In this document: positions 28,727 to 37,310 of the stretch, one piece after another
Layout: each line of letters opens with the position of its first letter
Position numbering within the stretch: position 1 is the first letter of the stretch
Source of the DNA: Candidatus Woesearchaeota archaeon
GTDB taxonomy: Archaea; Nanobdellota; Nanobdellia; Pacearchaeales; GW2011-AR1
DNA: 64,000 nt
NCBI GenBank assembly: GCA_964617015.1
Contig: CAZTVG010000001.1
Span: 46,584 to 110,583 of the forward strand
Direction of reading: 5' to 3'
The notes under the pieces: model-generated
What the model saw: only the letters and a program-made list of their open reading frames with translations
Told to the model about the DNA's origin: nothing
Databases searched by the model: none
Translations under genes and position numbers: made by a program

Positions 28727-28857
28727 ATGTAAAATTAAGAAGCATCATATTTAAATATTTCTAAAGAGTTGATTTTTAAATGAGGGATTAGGGACCTATA
28801 GACTAAGTTTGATATCTAAATAGAAAGATTTATTAAGTATTGGCTCTTTAATTTTTA

Positions 28858-29898
28858 ATGCGCGAAGATAGACGAATTAAATTGAAAAAATGGCAACAAA
28901 GAGGATTAATTTTAAACGCTGCAAAAAAAACTAGTTCCATTAAGCAACTTAGTATTAAAATCAAAGTTCCTTATTCAACCTTAAAAAAATATGCTCAAGA
29001 AGTTTTCTTACTGCCAGAAAATGTATTCAAAAAACTTATAGGTTTATCCTCTATTAAAGAAGAAGAATTAGAAATTACTTACCTATCAAACAATTGGGGA
29101 AAGATAATTGGAGGAAAAAAAGGTATGGAAACTATTCAAAAAAAATATCCTGAAAAAATTTTAGAATGGAGAAAAAAAGCAATTAGAAAATCTCATTTAA
29201 ATAATGCAAAGAAAATTAAAATACCCCCTCTTAATGAAAAATTGGCTGAATTAGTTGGAGTTTATTTAGGAGATGGGACACTAACAAAATATTTTATTAG
29301 AATATCTGGAGATTGTAGATATGACATTCCCTACTTCAAGTACTTATCAGAAGTCATATATGAGCTCTTTAGCATAAACCCCTCAATTAGAAAGGAAAAA
29401 AATAGAAATACATTGTACTTAACAATACTCTCTAAAAATGTTTGTTCTTTTTTAAATAAAAATTTTGGTTTAAGATATGGTCATAAAATAAAGAATAAAA
29501 CATGCATACCAAAAAAAATTTTAGAAGATGAAAAATTATCAATTGCTTGTTTTAGAGGACTCATTGATACAGATGGTTCCATATCCAGAAGAGGTAGAAG
29601 GGGGGGCCAGTTTTGTATTCAGTTTACATCCCATAACAAAGAACTACTAAAACAAGTTCATGAGATAGGAAAAAAAATAGAAGTATTTACTTTCGGAGAT
29701 AAAACAGGATCTGGAACGAACAAACAAGAAAATATACTCAAATTCTTTAAAATTGTGGGAAGTTCTAACTTAAGGCATATTGTAAGATTCCATCAAAGAT
29801 TTTACAAGAATAAAACACTTTATCAAAGAGATGTATTAAAGCATTATGAAAAACCTTTTTATATTAATCTAACCCTTCCATTTAAGGTGGCCTTGTAA
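28858..29898 (+). mobile_element. Free-standing LAGLIDADG homing endonuclease gene overlapping the tRNA-Val 5' end
   Basis: LAELVGVYLGDG and CFRGLIDTDGS motifs, N-terminal HTH-like region; stop TAA equals tRNA nt 8-10. Confidence 0.88.
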
Positions 29899-29959
29899 GC
29901 TAGTGGTAAACTGTATCCTTGACGTGGATGAATCCCCAGTTCGATTCTGGGCGGGGCCA
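29889..29959 (+). tRNA. tRNA-Val(GAC)
   Basis: GGCCTTG/CGGGGCC, TATCC-TTGACGT-GGATG, CCCAG-TTCGATT-CTGGG. Confidence 0.9.
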
Positions 29960-30031
29960 TTTTATCAACAACCTTTAAAGTTAACGTCACCTAAAGAATA
30001 GATTTTTAAGATAAATTGCTTTTTGTTAGGC

Positions 30032-30976
30032 ATGGCATGTATTACAGGAAGAGGAATAAAATCAATTAATAATTCTGTTTTTGAAGCATCTTCTTTCCTA
30101 AAACTTTACAATGAAATGAACAATAAATTTTTTGGTATCATAAACAAGGAGATTAATATTGCAAAAAGAAAAACTCCGAATAGATTAGAAAATCTAATAA
30201 AAATTAAAAAATCGTTGGGAAAAACAAGCAAAGAAGAAATTTTCAAGATTCAAAAGAAAATTAATTGGATTACAGAGATAATAAAATCAGAAATGGACGT
30301 TCCAATACAGTTTTTCCTGTCCGGTTCAATTATAAAAGGTACTTATGTTCATGGTTTAAGTGATATTGATATTTTGATTTTCTTGAATAAAAAAGATTTG
30401 TCTAATGCAAAACCAAAAATAATTCAAAATAGGATATTAAATATTCTAAAAAAGTATTTTTCTAAACAAAATATGAAAAAAGATAAAGAAGCGGTTAATG
30501 TTTTTATTAATAAAAACCATGTTAAAGTACAAATAGTTCCAGCAGTATTTAAGAACGAAAAAATATTTTTTCCCACAATAGGTGGAGAAAGATGGAAAAG
30601 AATAAATCCAGATATATTCTCTAATTTATTGAAAGAACAAGATAAGAAACTCAAAAGGAAACTTACCCTTTCTATAAGGATAGCTAAAATTATTATGTCA
30701 AATTTTTCAAAGAATTATTGTTTAACTAGCCATCACCTAGAAGTTTTATCTTATTTATCCTCTAAAAACTCAAAAAATAAAAGTATTCTGGATTTACTTT
30801 CAAATATTTTTTCATATTCTTCAAACAGAATTATGGGACCTGTAAAAGATAGTTCAAGGCAAGTTAAATCTATTGATGAATATTTGGGTCCTAAAGGAAA
30901 TCTAAAAAGAAAAAGAATATCTAATAAATTAAAAGAAATTTCAGAAAAGATAAACAAAGAGGAAATAAATATATGA
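30032..30976 (+). CDS. Pol-beta superfamily nucleotidyltransferase, CD-NTase/SMODS-like
   Basis: GSIIKGTYVHGLSDIDILI (hGS..DxD), VQIVPA, WKRINP, IRIAKII, LTSHHLEVL; ATG 30032 follows a TATA at 30003-30010. Confidence 0.7.
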   Translation: MACITGRGIKSINNSVFEASSFLKLYNEMNNKFFGIINKEINIAKRKTPNRLENLIKIKKSLGKTSKEEIFKIQKKINWITEIIKSEMDVPIQFFLSGSIIKGTYVHGLSDIDILIFLNKKDLSNAKPKIIQNRILNILKKYFSKQNMKKDKEAVNVFINKNHVKVQIVPAVFKNEKIFFPTIGGERWKRINPDIFSNLLKEQDKKLKRKLTLSIRIAKIIMSNFSKNYCLTSHHLEVLSYLSSKNSKNKSILDLLSNIFSYSSNRIMGPVKDSSRQVKSIDEYLGPKGNLKRKRISNKLKEISEKINKEEINI

Positions 30977-32328
30977 AAAAAGAGATAAATCCTTGGTTGC
31001 CTTGGAAAGATACAATCAGACTTCCTGCTTCTACAGACAAAGGAAACATATTAGTAATTATCCCAACTGCCGGAAATGATATAGAAATGCTTAGAAAATG
31101 TTTAGATTCGCTTAAATTTGCTGCGAGTGGAAAAGGCATCCATGTTGTAATTGTTTTATCACCAACAGCGTTAAAAAAGAAAGAAAAGCTAGAAAAGTTA
31201 TTTGGGAAAGATGCCGAAATAATTTCACTAAGAGGGTCTTTCAATTATTGTCGTAGCATTAATACTGGATTGTCTTTTAGAAATAAAAAAGACAGATATG
31301 CTTTATTTTTGAATGATGATGTAACTTTTACAAAAAAAGGAGACTTGCATGAACTCAAAAAAACTTTAAGAAAACAAAGATGGGCATGTGTGGGTCCTTT
31401 CATAAATTACAATCCAAACCGCTATGATCCTACATGGCCTAAAGAAAAATCTAGTTTAGGTGTAGTACCAAGGACATCTGGAGCAATTAGAACCAACCTA
31501 CCTCTAAGTGGGTCTTGTTCATTATGGGACCTAGAATGGTTAGATAAGATTGGTAAACTTGACGAGGAATTTGGAAGGGGTTGGGGAATGGATGAAGCTG
31601 ATTTATGTATCCGAGTATTAAGACTTGGAGCAAGATATGGGCGTCAAGATACAGTAACAATTAATCATATTATGCACGCTACACTTGGAGAGAAATTTAC
31701 AAGATATACTGGACCTGTTCACATGCGAAGCTTAAACTATTTCAAAAAGAAATATGGAAAAGAAATTGAAGAATGGGGTAAAAGCTATCATTGGTTTCCC
31801 CTCCCGGGAATACAGGTCATAATGTTTCCATGCAAAAATCAAAGAAAATTTAGAGATTGCTTGAATAAAATTGAGCGGGATTTAGAGGGTTTTCGATGGA
31901 TTTTGTTAGTAGGAGACAATACTAATAAAGAAATAATATACAACACAGCCAAAAAACATTGCCAAAAAAACTCCAGCGCAGATAAATGCATAATAAGAAA
32001 ATTTGATAACAAAAAGTTATATAGTAAAGATATTTTTAAGAAGATAGTAATTATTAAATCTCCTATAGGAGAACAATATCCTGTAATATATCTAGTTGAT
32101 GCAAATAAAAAAATACCTGGAAGCTATGTAAAGGAGTTACTTTGGCAAATTAGAGATAAAGGGATTTTAGCAGGAAAAATTGGAAAAGAGAAAACTATTT
32201 CTGAAGAGATCTTTCCAAATATAAAATTTGTGAAATTTAAAACTAAACATAAAAAATATAATCATGTGAGTGGTTCAATATTTCACATTAAAACCATAAT
32301 AAAAAATTCAAATGAAAAGATACATTAA
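30973..32328 (+). CDS. Glycosyltransferase family 2 with a degenerate second GT-A-like domain
   Basis: VIIPT, NYCRSINTG, LFLNDDV, LDEEF...DEADLCIR. Confidence 0.85.
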   Translation: MKKEINPWLPWKDTIRLPASTDKGNILVIIPTAGNDIEMLRKCLDSLKFAASGKGIHVVIVLSPTALKKKEKLEKLFGKDAEIISLRGSFNYCRSINTGLSFRNKKDRYALFLNDDVTFTKKGDLHELKKTLRKQRWACVGPFINYNPNRYDPTWPKEKSSLGVVPRTSGAIRTNLPLSGSCSLWDLEWLDKIGKLDEEFGRGWGMDEADLCIRVLRLGARYGRQDTVTINHIMHATLGEKFTRYTGPVHMRSLNYFKKKYGKEIEEWGKSYHWFPLPGIQVIMFPCKNQRKFRDCLNKIERDLEGFRWILLVGDNTNKEIIYNTAKKHCQKNSSADKCIIRKFDNKKLYSKDIFKKIVIIKSPIGEQYPVIYLVDANKKIPGSYVKELLWQIRDKGILAGKIGKEKTISEEIFPNIKFVKFKTKHKKYNHVSGSIFHIKTIIKNSNEKIH

Positions 32329-33136
32329 ATCAAACAAATCATTGTGGGATGAATTAACATCAATACATAAAGAGGAGAATAATCTTTATTCAATTCGGGA
32401 TTTTAAATCTGGAAAAACAACATTATCAAAAACAGAGGTTAAAGAGTTAGGAGATATTTCTGGAAAAACAATATTACATTTGCAATGCCATTTTGGATTA
32501 GACACATTATCCTTGACTAGAATGGGAGCAAAAGTTACAGGGATTGATTTTTCAAAGAAATCAATTGAATTGGCAAGATCTTTGAGTGAAGAATTAGGAA
32601 TTAATGCAAAATTTATATGCGCAGATGTATATGGCTTGCCCAAAATTTTAAAAGAAAAGTTTGATGTAGTCTTTACTTCTTATGGAGTTTTGTTATGGTT
32701 ACCAGATTTAAAAAAGTGGGCAAAAATAATTTCACATTTTTTGAAACCTAAAGGGGCTTTTTATATTATTGAAGGTCATCCTTTTAGTATGGTTTTAAAA
32801 AATGTTGGGAAGGAGATTAATTTATCAGTCAAGAAATCCTATTTTCATTCTTCAAGACCCCTAGAAGGAAAAAAAGAGAAAGATTATACAAACAAAAGAA
32901 AACAATTAAAAAATATCGCTTACACATGGACTCATAGTATTAGTGATGTAATTAATTCATTAATCTCGGCAGGTTTAAGAATTGATTATTTGCATGAATT
33001 TCCTTACTCCCGTGAAGTTAATTATCCGAATATGGAATTAAAAAAAGATGGTTGGTGGTTTAAAGGCAAAAAGAAAATTATCCCCTTAATGTTCTCAATT
33101 CATGCAACAAAAGAGGTTGAGAAAAGTAAAAAATGA
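32312..33136 (+). CDS. Class I SAM-dependent methyltransferase
   Basis: LHLQCHFGLDTLSL, VTGIDFS, FDVVFTSYG, LKPKG. Confidence 0.9.
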   Translation: MKRYIKSNKSLWDELTSIHKEENNLYSIRDFKSGKTTLSKTEVKELGDISGKTILHLQCHFGLDTLSLTRMGAKVTGIDFSKKSIELARSLSEELGINAKFICADVYGLPKILKEKFDVVFTSYGVLLWLPDLKKWAKIISHFLKPKGAFYIIEGHPFSMVLKNVGKEINLSVKKSYFHSSRPLEGKKEKDYTNKRKQLKNIAYTWTHSISDVINSLISAGLRIDYLHEFPYSREVNYPNMELKKDGWWFKGKKKIIPLMFSIHATKEVEKSKK

Positions 33137-34328
33137 AAAAAGTAACAATAATAATTCAGGCAATACCTTTTTGTTTTGGTCCCGGAGCACAAACATTGGC
33201 AATAGGGAACCAATTGCGATCAATTCTTGGTAAAAAATTGAATCTTATTGCATTGGGGACAGGTACAACCTATGAATTTCTCAAAAAATCAAAAACCTTT
33301 GATAAGATATATGAATATTCCTCAGAAGAAAAAACTATTCCCAATAAAATAAAATCTCTTTTATTGTCATCAGATAAGATAGTTTGTATAGGAGATTTTG
33401 AATTCATAAATAAAGTTAATACACTTGGAAAGGGAGTTGAATTTGTTGACCCTTTATTTTGGATGTGGAATAAATTTCCATCAAACATAAATTATTGCAA
33501 CAAATACTATGCCGTTGATTTTCCAGGAGTAAAAAAACGCGTAAAAGAATATATAAAAAGATTTCCTAAAAGTTTAAAACCAACTATTGTAAATCAAATA
33601 TGTGAATATTCTAAAAGAAAAAAGAGAAAGCATTATGATACAATCATTGTACAATTTGGCGGATACAAAATCCTAGGGGGATAAACATAGATTTAATTAT
33701 TGCGACGGTTGAAGAAATATCGAATAGTATAAAGAACATTCCAGAATTAAAGAAAGTATTTGTTCGTGGAGGATCTAAAGTTATGAAAATTGTTCGAAAA
33801 AAGGCAAGAGATCTAGATCCCAGAATAGAAATTGGAACATCCTACCATAAAGATTTTCTTAAAGAACTATCTTCATGTAAAGCGTTATTAACAGTTCCCG
33901 GAATGTCTATTGTTTATGAAGCTTTTGCGGGTAAAATTCCATTAATGTTTATCTTACCTTTAAATTATACCCAACATAGACAATTGATTGCCTATAAAAA
34001 AATCTTCAAAAATTTTGAATATGTTTCATGGGAAAATTTCGAGGGATATAGAACTCTTCCAGAAAAAATTCCAGAAGAAATGGCTATTAGTGAAGCGATA
34101 AACATGGGAAAATGTTTTTTTAGTGATGCTAAAACACGAATTAAATTTAGAAAAGAAATAATTAATTTCTTAACCAAGCAAAAATATGAAGTCTTAACGG
34201 TGAAAAAGCATAATAATAGAAATCAAAAGATTAAGATAGATGGAGCAAAAGAGATTGCAGAAGATTTGGTTAAAGAAATTTTGCGTGCTAAGACTTATAA
34301 AAAACATATCAAAAAGGTTATAAAGTGA
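33133..34328 (+). pseudogene. Frameshifted GT-B glycosyltransferase resembling the CGA-synthase (BlsD/MilC)-related family
   Basis: ORFs 33133..33684 and 33783..34328 join by a -1 shift near 33660-33680; PFCFGP, FVDPLFWMW, FGG-IQNP, LLTVPG, FILPLNYTQ motifs. Confidence 0.65.
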
Positions 34329-34345
34329 TTCTTCAGTTTAATTTC

Positions 34346-34660
34346 ATGAAAATTCCAAAAATAACTAATAGATACTGTCCATACTGTAACAAAAAAACAA
34401 AACAAAAAATAAAATTAGTTGGTACAGGATTCAAAAGAGGTACACTAACACGTGGAAGTAAATCAAGAGCAAGATTAAGAGGACAGAGTAGGGGGATGGG
34501 AAATCAGGGGAAGTACTCCAAACCCGCAGTATCAAAATTCAAGAGAAAATCCAAGACAACTAAAAAAACAAATTTTCTTTATATCTGCGAAGTTTGTGGG
34601 AAGGGAAAATATCGCGCAGGTCACAGAAATAAAAGAACAGGGAAGGTAATACAAGAATAA
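34346..34660 (+). CDS. rpl44e: 50S ribosomal protein L44e
   Basis: MKIPK..RYCPYC.K.T, K.TKK..F.Y.C..CGK. Confidence 0.92.
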   Translation: MKIPKITNRYCPYCNKKTKQKIKLVGTGFKRGTLTRGSKSRARLRGQSRGMGNQGKYSKPAVSKFKRKSKTTKKTNFLYICEVCGKGKYRAGHRNKRTGKVIQE

Positions 34661-34783
34661 AAAGAAAATGTTAAATAAAAATAAGATAAATGTAAGTATA
34701 AATTCAGCAAAGCTTGACATAATGGATTTTTACCTTAACAAAAATAAATCAAACTCTGCGAAGCAGGCAATTTCAAATTAAAA

Positions 34784-35341
34784 ATGGCACAAGCAAAAAA
34801 AAGACAGAAATTTTTTGATGTGAGTATTCCCATCTTAGAAAAAGAAACCCAGTTATATGGATATGGCCTTAAGGACCTAGAAGGAAGATACATAAAATAT
34901 GACTTAACAAGGCTATTAAGAGGTAAAAGCATACTTCTTCAGTTAAAAGTCAAGATTCAGGAAGACAAAGCAGTTGCAGAACCCAGAGAACTGAGAGTTA
35001 TGCCTTACTTTATCAGAAGAATGATGAGAAAGGGAACAAATTATGTTGAAGATTCTTTTTCTGCAGAGTGCAAAGACGCCCAGGTAAGAATAAAACCTTT
35101 TTTTATAACAAGAAAAAAAGTTTCAAGGGCTGTCAGAAAAGCTCTCAGAGAGAGAGCAAAAGAAGAACTAATAAACTATGTAAAAAACAAAAGTGTAAAC
35201 GTGCTTTTTGAGGAAATTATGAAAAACAAAATTCAAAAACCCCTGAGTCTAAAACTGAAAAAAATTTATCCCCTCTCATTGTGTGAAATAAGGGTTTTCA
35301 AAGTTGAAAGATATTTAGAAAGTAAGGAAAAAGAGAAATAA
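34784..35341 (+). CDS. rps3ae: 30S ribosomal protein S3Ae (eS1)
   Basis: FIRRMMRKGTNYVEDSF, KKIYPLSLCEIR. Confidence 0.88.
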   Translation: MAQAKKRQKFFDVSIPILEKETQLYGYGLKDLEGRYIKYDLTRLLRGKSILLQLKVKIQEDKAVAEPRELRVMPYFIRRMMRKGTNYVEDSFSAECKDAQVRIKPFFITRKKVSRAVRKALRERAKEELINYVKNKSVNVLFEEIMKNKIQKPLSLKLKKIYPLSLCEIRVFKVERYLESKEKEK

Positions 35342-35947
35342 TTATTTCACGAAAGAGTTTATTATAGGAACCTTTAGATTGTAATCAAGATTATTTTTCA
35401 ATAAAAGATAATCACTTCTGATCATGTTCTTTCTGTTTTCTTCTAAATCATAATATTTAATATCTTCCCTCGTGGAAACCGAAACAAGCATCAAAAGAAA
35501 ACTGTATATTATTTTTCCCTTCTTCCTTATTTGTTCCAGAGATATACTCTTGATGCCCTTAAATGAAGAATTGATTCCAAACTTATCCTTCATGATTCTC
35601 ATTGTAGCCTTTTTTATATTTTCTCCGACAAAAATTCTTCCTCCAGGCAGAGACAAAAAATTATTGTAGGGTCTTTTCTTACGGTGATGCAAAAAATATT
35701 TTCCTTTTTTCTCTGCAACAATTAACAAAACCGGCAAAATCGCCTGTTTTTCCGTGATATATGGGATAAGGTGTTCATAGTTTTCAGAGAGCATGTAATT
35801 TTCTCCGTTCTTAACAACAATTCCTTTAGAAATTAATTTCTTCAGATGATAAGCCAGCTTATTTGATCTTGATTCTGTCTTATCTTCAATCTCACTGAAT
35901 CTAAGTTTGTTCTTGTAAAGAAAAACATTCAATATATCTTTTTCCAT
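35342..35947 (-). CDS. Winged-HTH plus NUDIX-like domain protein (putative regulator)
   Basis: LRFSEI...SNKLAYHLKKL; RKKRPY..LSLPGGRI..GE. Confidence 0.75.
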   Translation of the reverse strand: MEKDILNVFLYKNKLRFSEIEDKTESRSNKLAYHLKKLISKGIVVKNGENYMLSENYEHLIPYITEKQAILPVLLIVAEKKGKYFLHHRKKRPYNNFLSLPGGRIFVGENIKKATMRIMKDKFGINSSFKGIKSISLEQIRKKGKIIYSFLLMLVSVSTREDIKYYDLEENRKNMIRSDYLLLKNNLDYNLKVPIINSFVK

Positions 35948-36001
35948 TTTAGTCAGATTTTTTGAGGAAACGTTTAAATAAAAAAACTATTGTCCTGCAA
36001 T

Positions 36002-36490
36002 ATGTATGATAAAAATCAGGCACATTATGTTGTTGTCACAGGAGTTTTAGTCAAAGATGGAAAATTCCTGATAACGAAAAGGGCTGAATGGGAAAAAGCT
36101 TTTCCTGGAAAATGGACTGTCCCGGGTGGAAAATTGGAAGTTCTTGATTATGTATTGCGAGAAAAAGACACTTCCCACCACTGGTATAATGTATTCGAAG
36201 ATTTGTTGAGGAGAGAGATAAAAGAAGAGGTCGGATTAGAAATTAAAAATATTGGATATATAACAAGCATGGTTTATATCAGGTCGGATAAAATCCCCAC
36301 CATCATTGTAAGTTTATTTGCAGAACCAACAACAGAAAACATAATGCTATGTCCTGCACTAACAGAGTATGCTTGGATTACATTAGAAGAGGCAAAAAAT
36401 TATGATTTGATAGAAGGAATTTGTGAAGAGTTAGAAATACTAGACAGACACCTTAAAGGACAAAAATTAGAAGAATGGGAAAAAGCTTAA
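36002..36490 (+). CDS. NUDIX hydrolase
   Basis: WTVPGGKLE...LRREIKEEVGL. Confidence 0.9.
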   Translation: MYDKNQAHYVVVTGVLVKDGKFLITKRAEWEKAFPGKWTVPGGKLEVLDYVLREKDTSHHWYNVFEDLLRREIKEEVGLEIKNIGYITSMVYIRSDKIPTIIVSLFAEPTTENIMLCPALTEYAWITLEEAKNYDLIEGICEELEILDRHLKGQKLEEWEKA

Positions 36491-36531
36491 AACAAGAAAT
36501 CTTTTAAATCAATTAATTCTTTTAAAATTAT

Positions 36532-36544
36532 GCCTGTGTAGCTC
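36532..36544 (+). repeat. Duplicated 5' 13 nt of tRNA-Thr
   Basis: GCCTGTGTAGCTC at 36532 and 36590. Confidence 0.85.
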
Positions 36545-36589
36545 TTTCCTGAATTGATGAGGAAACGAGTGAAAAGGTGAACAACATGG

Positions 36590-36661
36590 GCCTGTGTAGC
36601 TCAGTGTTAGAGCAACGCACCTGTAATGCGTAGGTCATGGGTTAGAGTCCCATCACAGGCT
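36590..36661 (+). tRNA. tRNA-Thr(TGT), atypical (C33, T-loop TTAGAGT)
   Basis: GCCTGTG/CACAGGC-T, ACGCA-CCTGTAA-TGCGT, ATGGG-TTAGAGT-CCCAT. Confidence 0.85.
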
Positions 36662-36701
36662 TTTTAAGAAAACGGGGAAATGCAAACTAATTTAAAAATA
36701 A

Positions 36702-37256
36702 TCACTTCTCAATCACTTCCGCCTTGTCGTCATCAATAAGGATTTTGGCAATTTCCCTAGAAATATTTGCAATCTGACCTTTTTCAAAAGGACCAATTTT
36801 TTCTCCTTCCAAATCCAAGAATTCTCCAACATCCTTCTTAAAAATAACCAACTCATTTTTTGAGTTTCCTTCTTTCTTCCCGCTTAAAAGTTCATTAAGT
36901 TTTTTGTCAGAACTTTCCATGTTTTTCATCAGGGCTTCAAACAAAGATTTTTCAAAAGAAAGCATATTATCAAAATCCTGCTTTGAAATTCCTGTTTCTG
37001 CAGCAATTAAAACAAGATTCAGGATTTTCTTCCTCCTCCTTGTCATTAGCTCCCTGAAGAGAGTCACAGCGTTTTCCAGTTGTTTTTTTGTCTTGGCAAT
37101 CATGTCTGAGAAAATATTATCCTCTTTTGAAGCCATCTCTCTTTTTTCCTTGAGATATCCTGCAACTTCTGTAATAAAATTCTTTAGTAAAGGCTGTAAC
37201 TGATCAGAATATCTCTCTTTTCTTGTTGCCTCATAAAGATCACTATAAGTTATCAT
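36702..37256 (-). CDS. GINS complex subunit (Gins51-like)
   Basis: ITYSDLYE..RKER..QLQPL, RRRKKILNL, C-terminal GPFEKGQIANI..IAKILI. Confidence 0.8.
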   Translation of the reverse strand: MITYSDLYEATRKERYSDQLQPLLKNFITEVAGYLKEKREMASKEDNIFSDMIAKTKKQLENAVTLFRELMTRRRKKILNLVLIAAETGISKQDFDNMLSFEKSLFEALMKNMESSDKKLNELLSGKKEGNSKNELVIFKKDVGEFLDLEGEKIGPFEKGQIANISREIAKILIDDDKAEVIEK

Positions 37257-37310
37257 AAAAAACATAAATAGGGAAGATTTTTAATAATTGCTATAGTCTG
37301 ATTTAACAAA

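Noticed and set aside
28792..28805. GGACCTATAGACTA as the displaced 5' end of tRNA-Val upstream of the LAGLIDADG gene
   Set aside because: Only 9 of 14 matches and poor pairing with the acceptor 3' strand; suggestive but not supportable
28858..29898. LAGLIDADG gene as part of a tRNA/rRNA intron or an intein
   Set aside because: tRNA-Val is uninterrupted; no convincing 5' exon or BHB, and no intein terminal residues
30032..30976. CCA-adding enzyme call for the nucleotidyltransferase
   Set aside because: Shorter than typical archaeal class I CCA enzymes, lacks a recognisable GFSGY-type motif and lies in an accessory operon; not fully excluded without a tree
29940..34345. Integrated element bounded by att repeats
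   Set aside because: No second copy of the tRNA-Val 3' end and no integrase seen
34668..34781. Short ORF as ribosomal protein S27e
   Set aside because: No cysteines or S27e motifs
36545..36589. Hammerhead ribozyme (TGATGA...GAAA)
   Set aside because: Core is TTGATGA rather than CTGANGA, and stems I-III cannot be built
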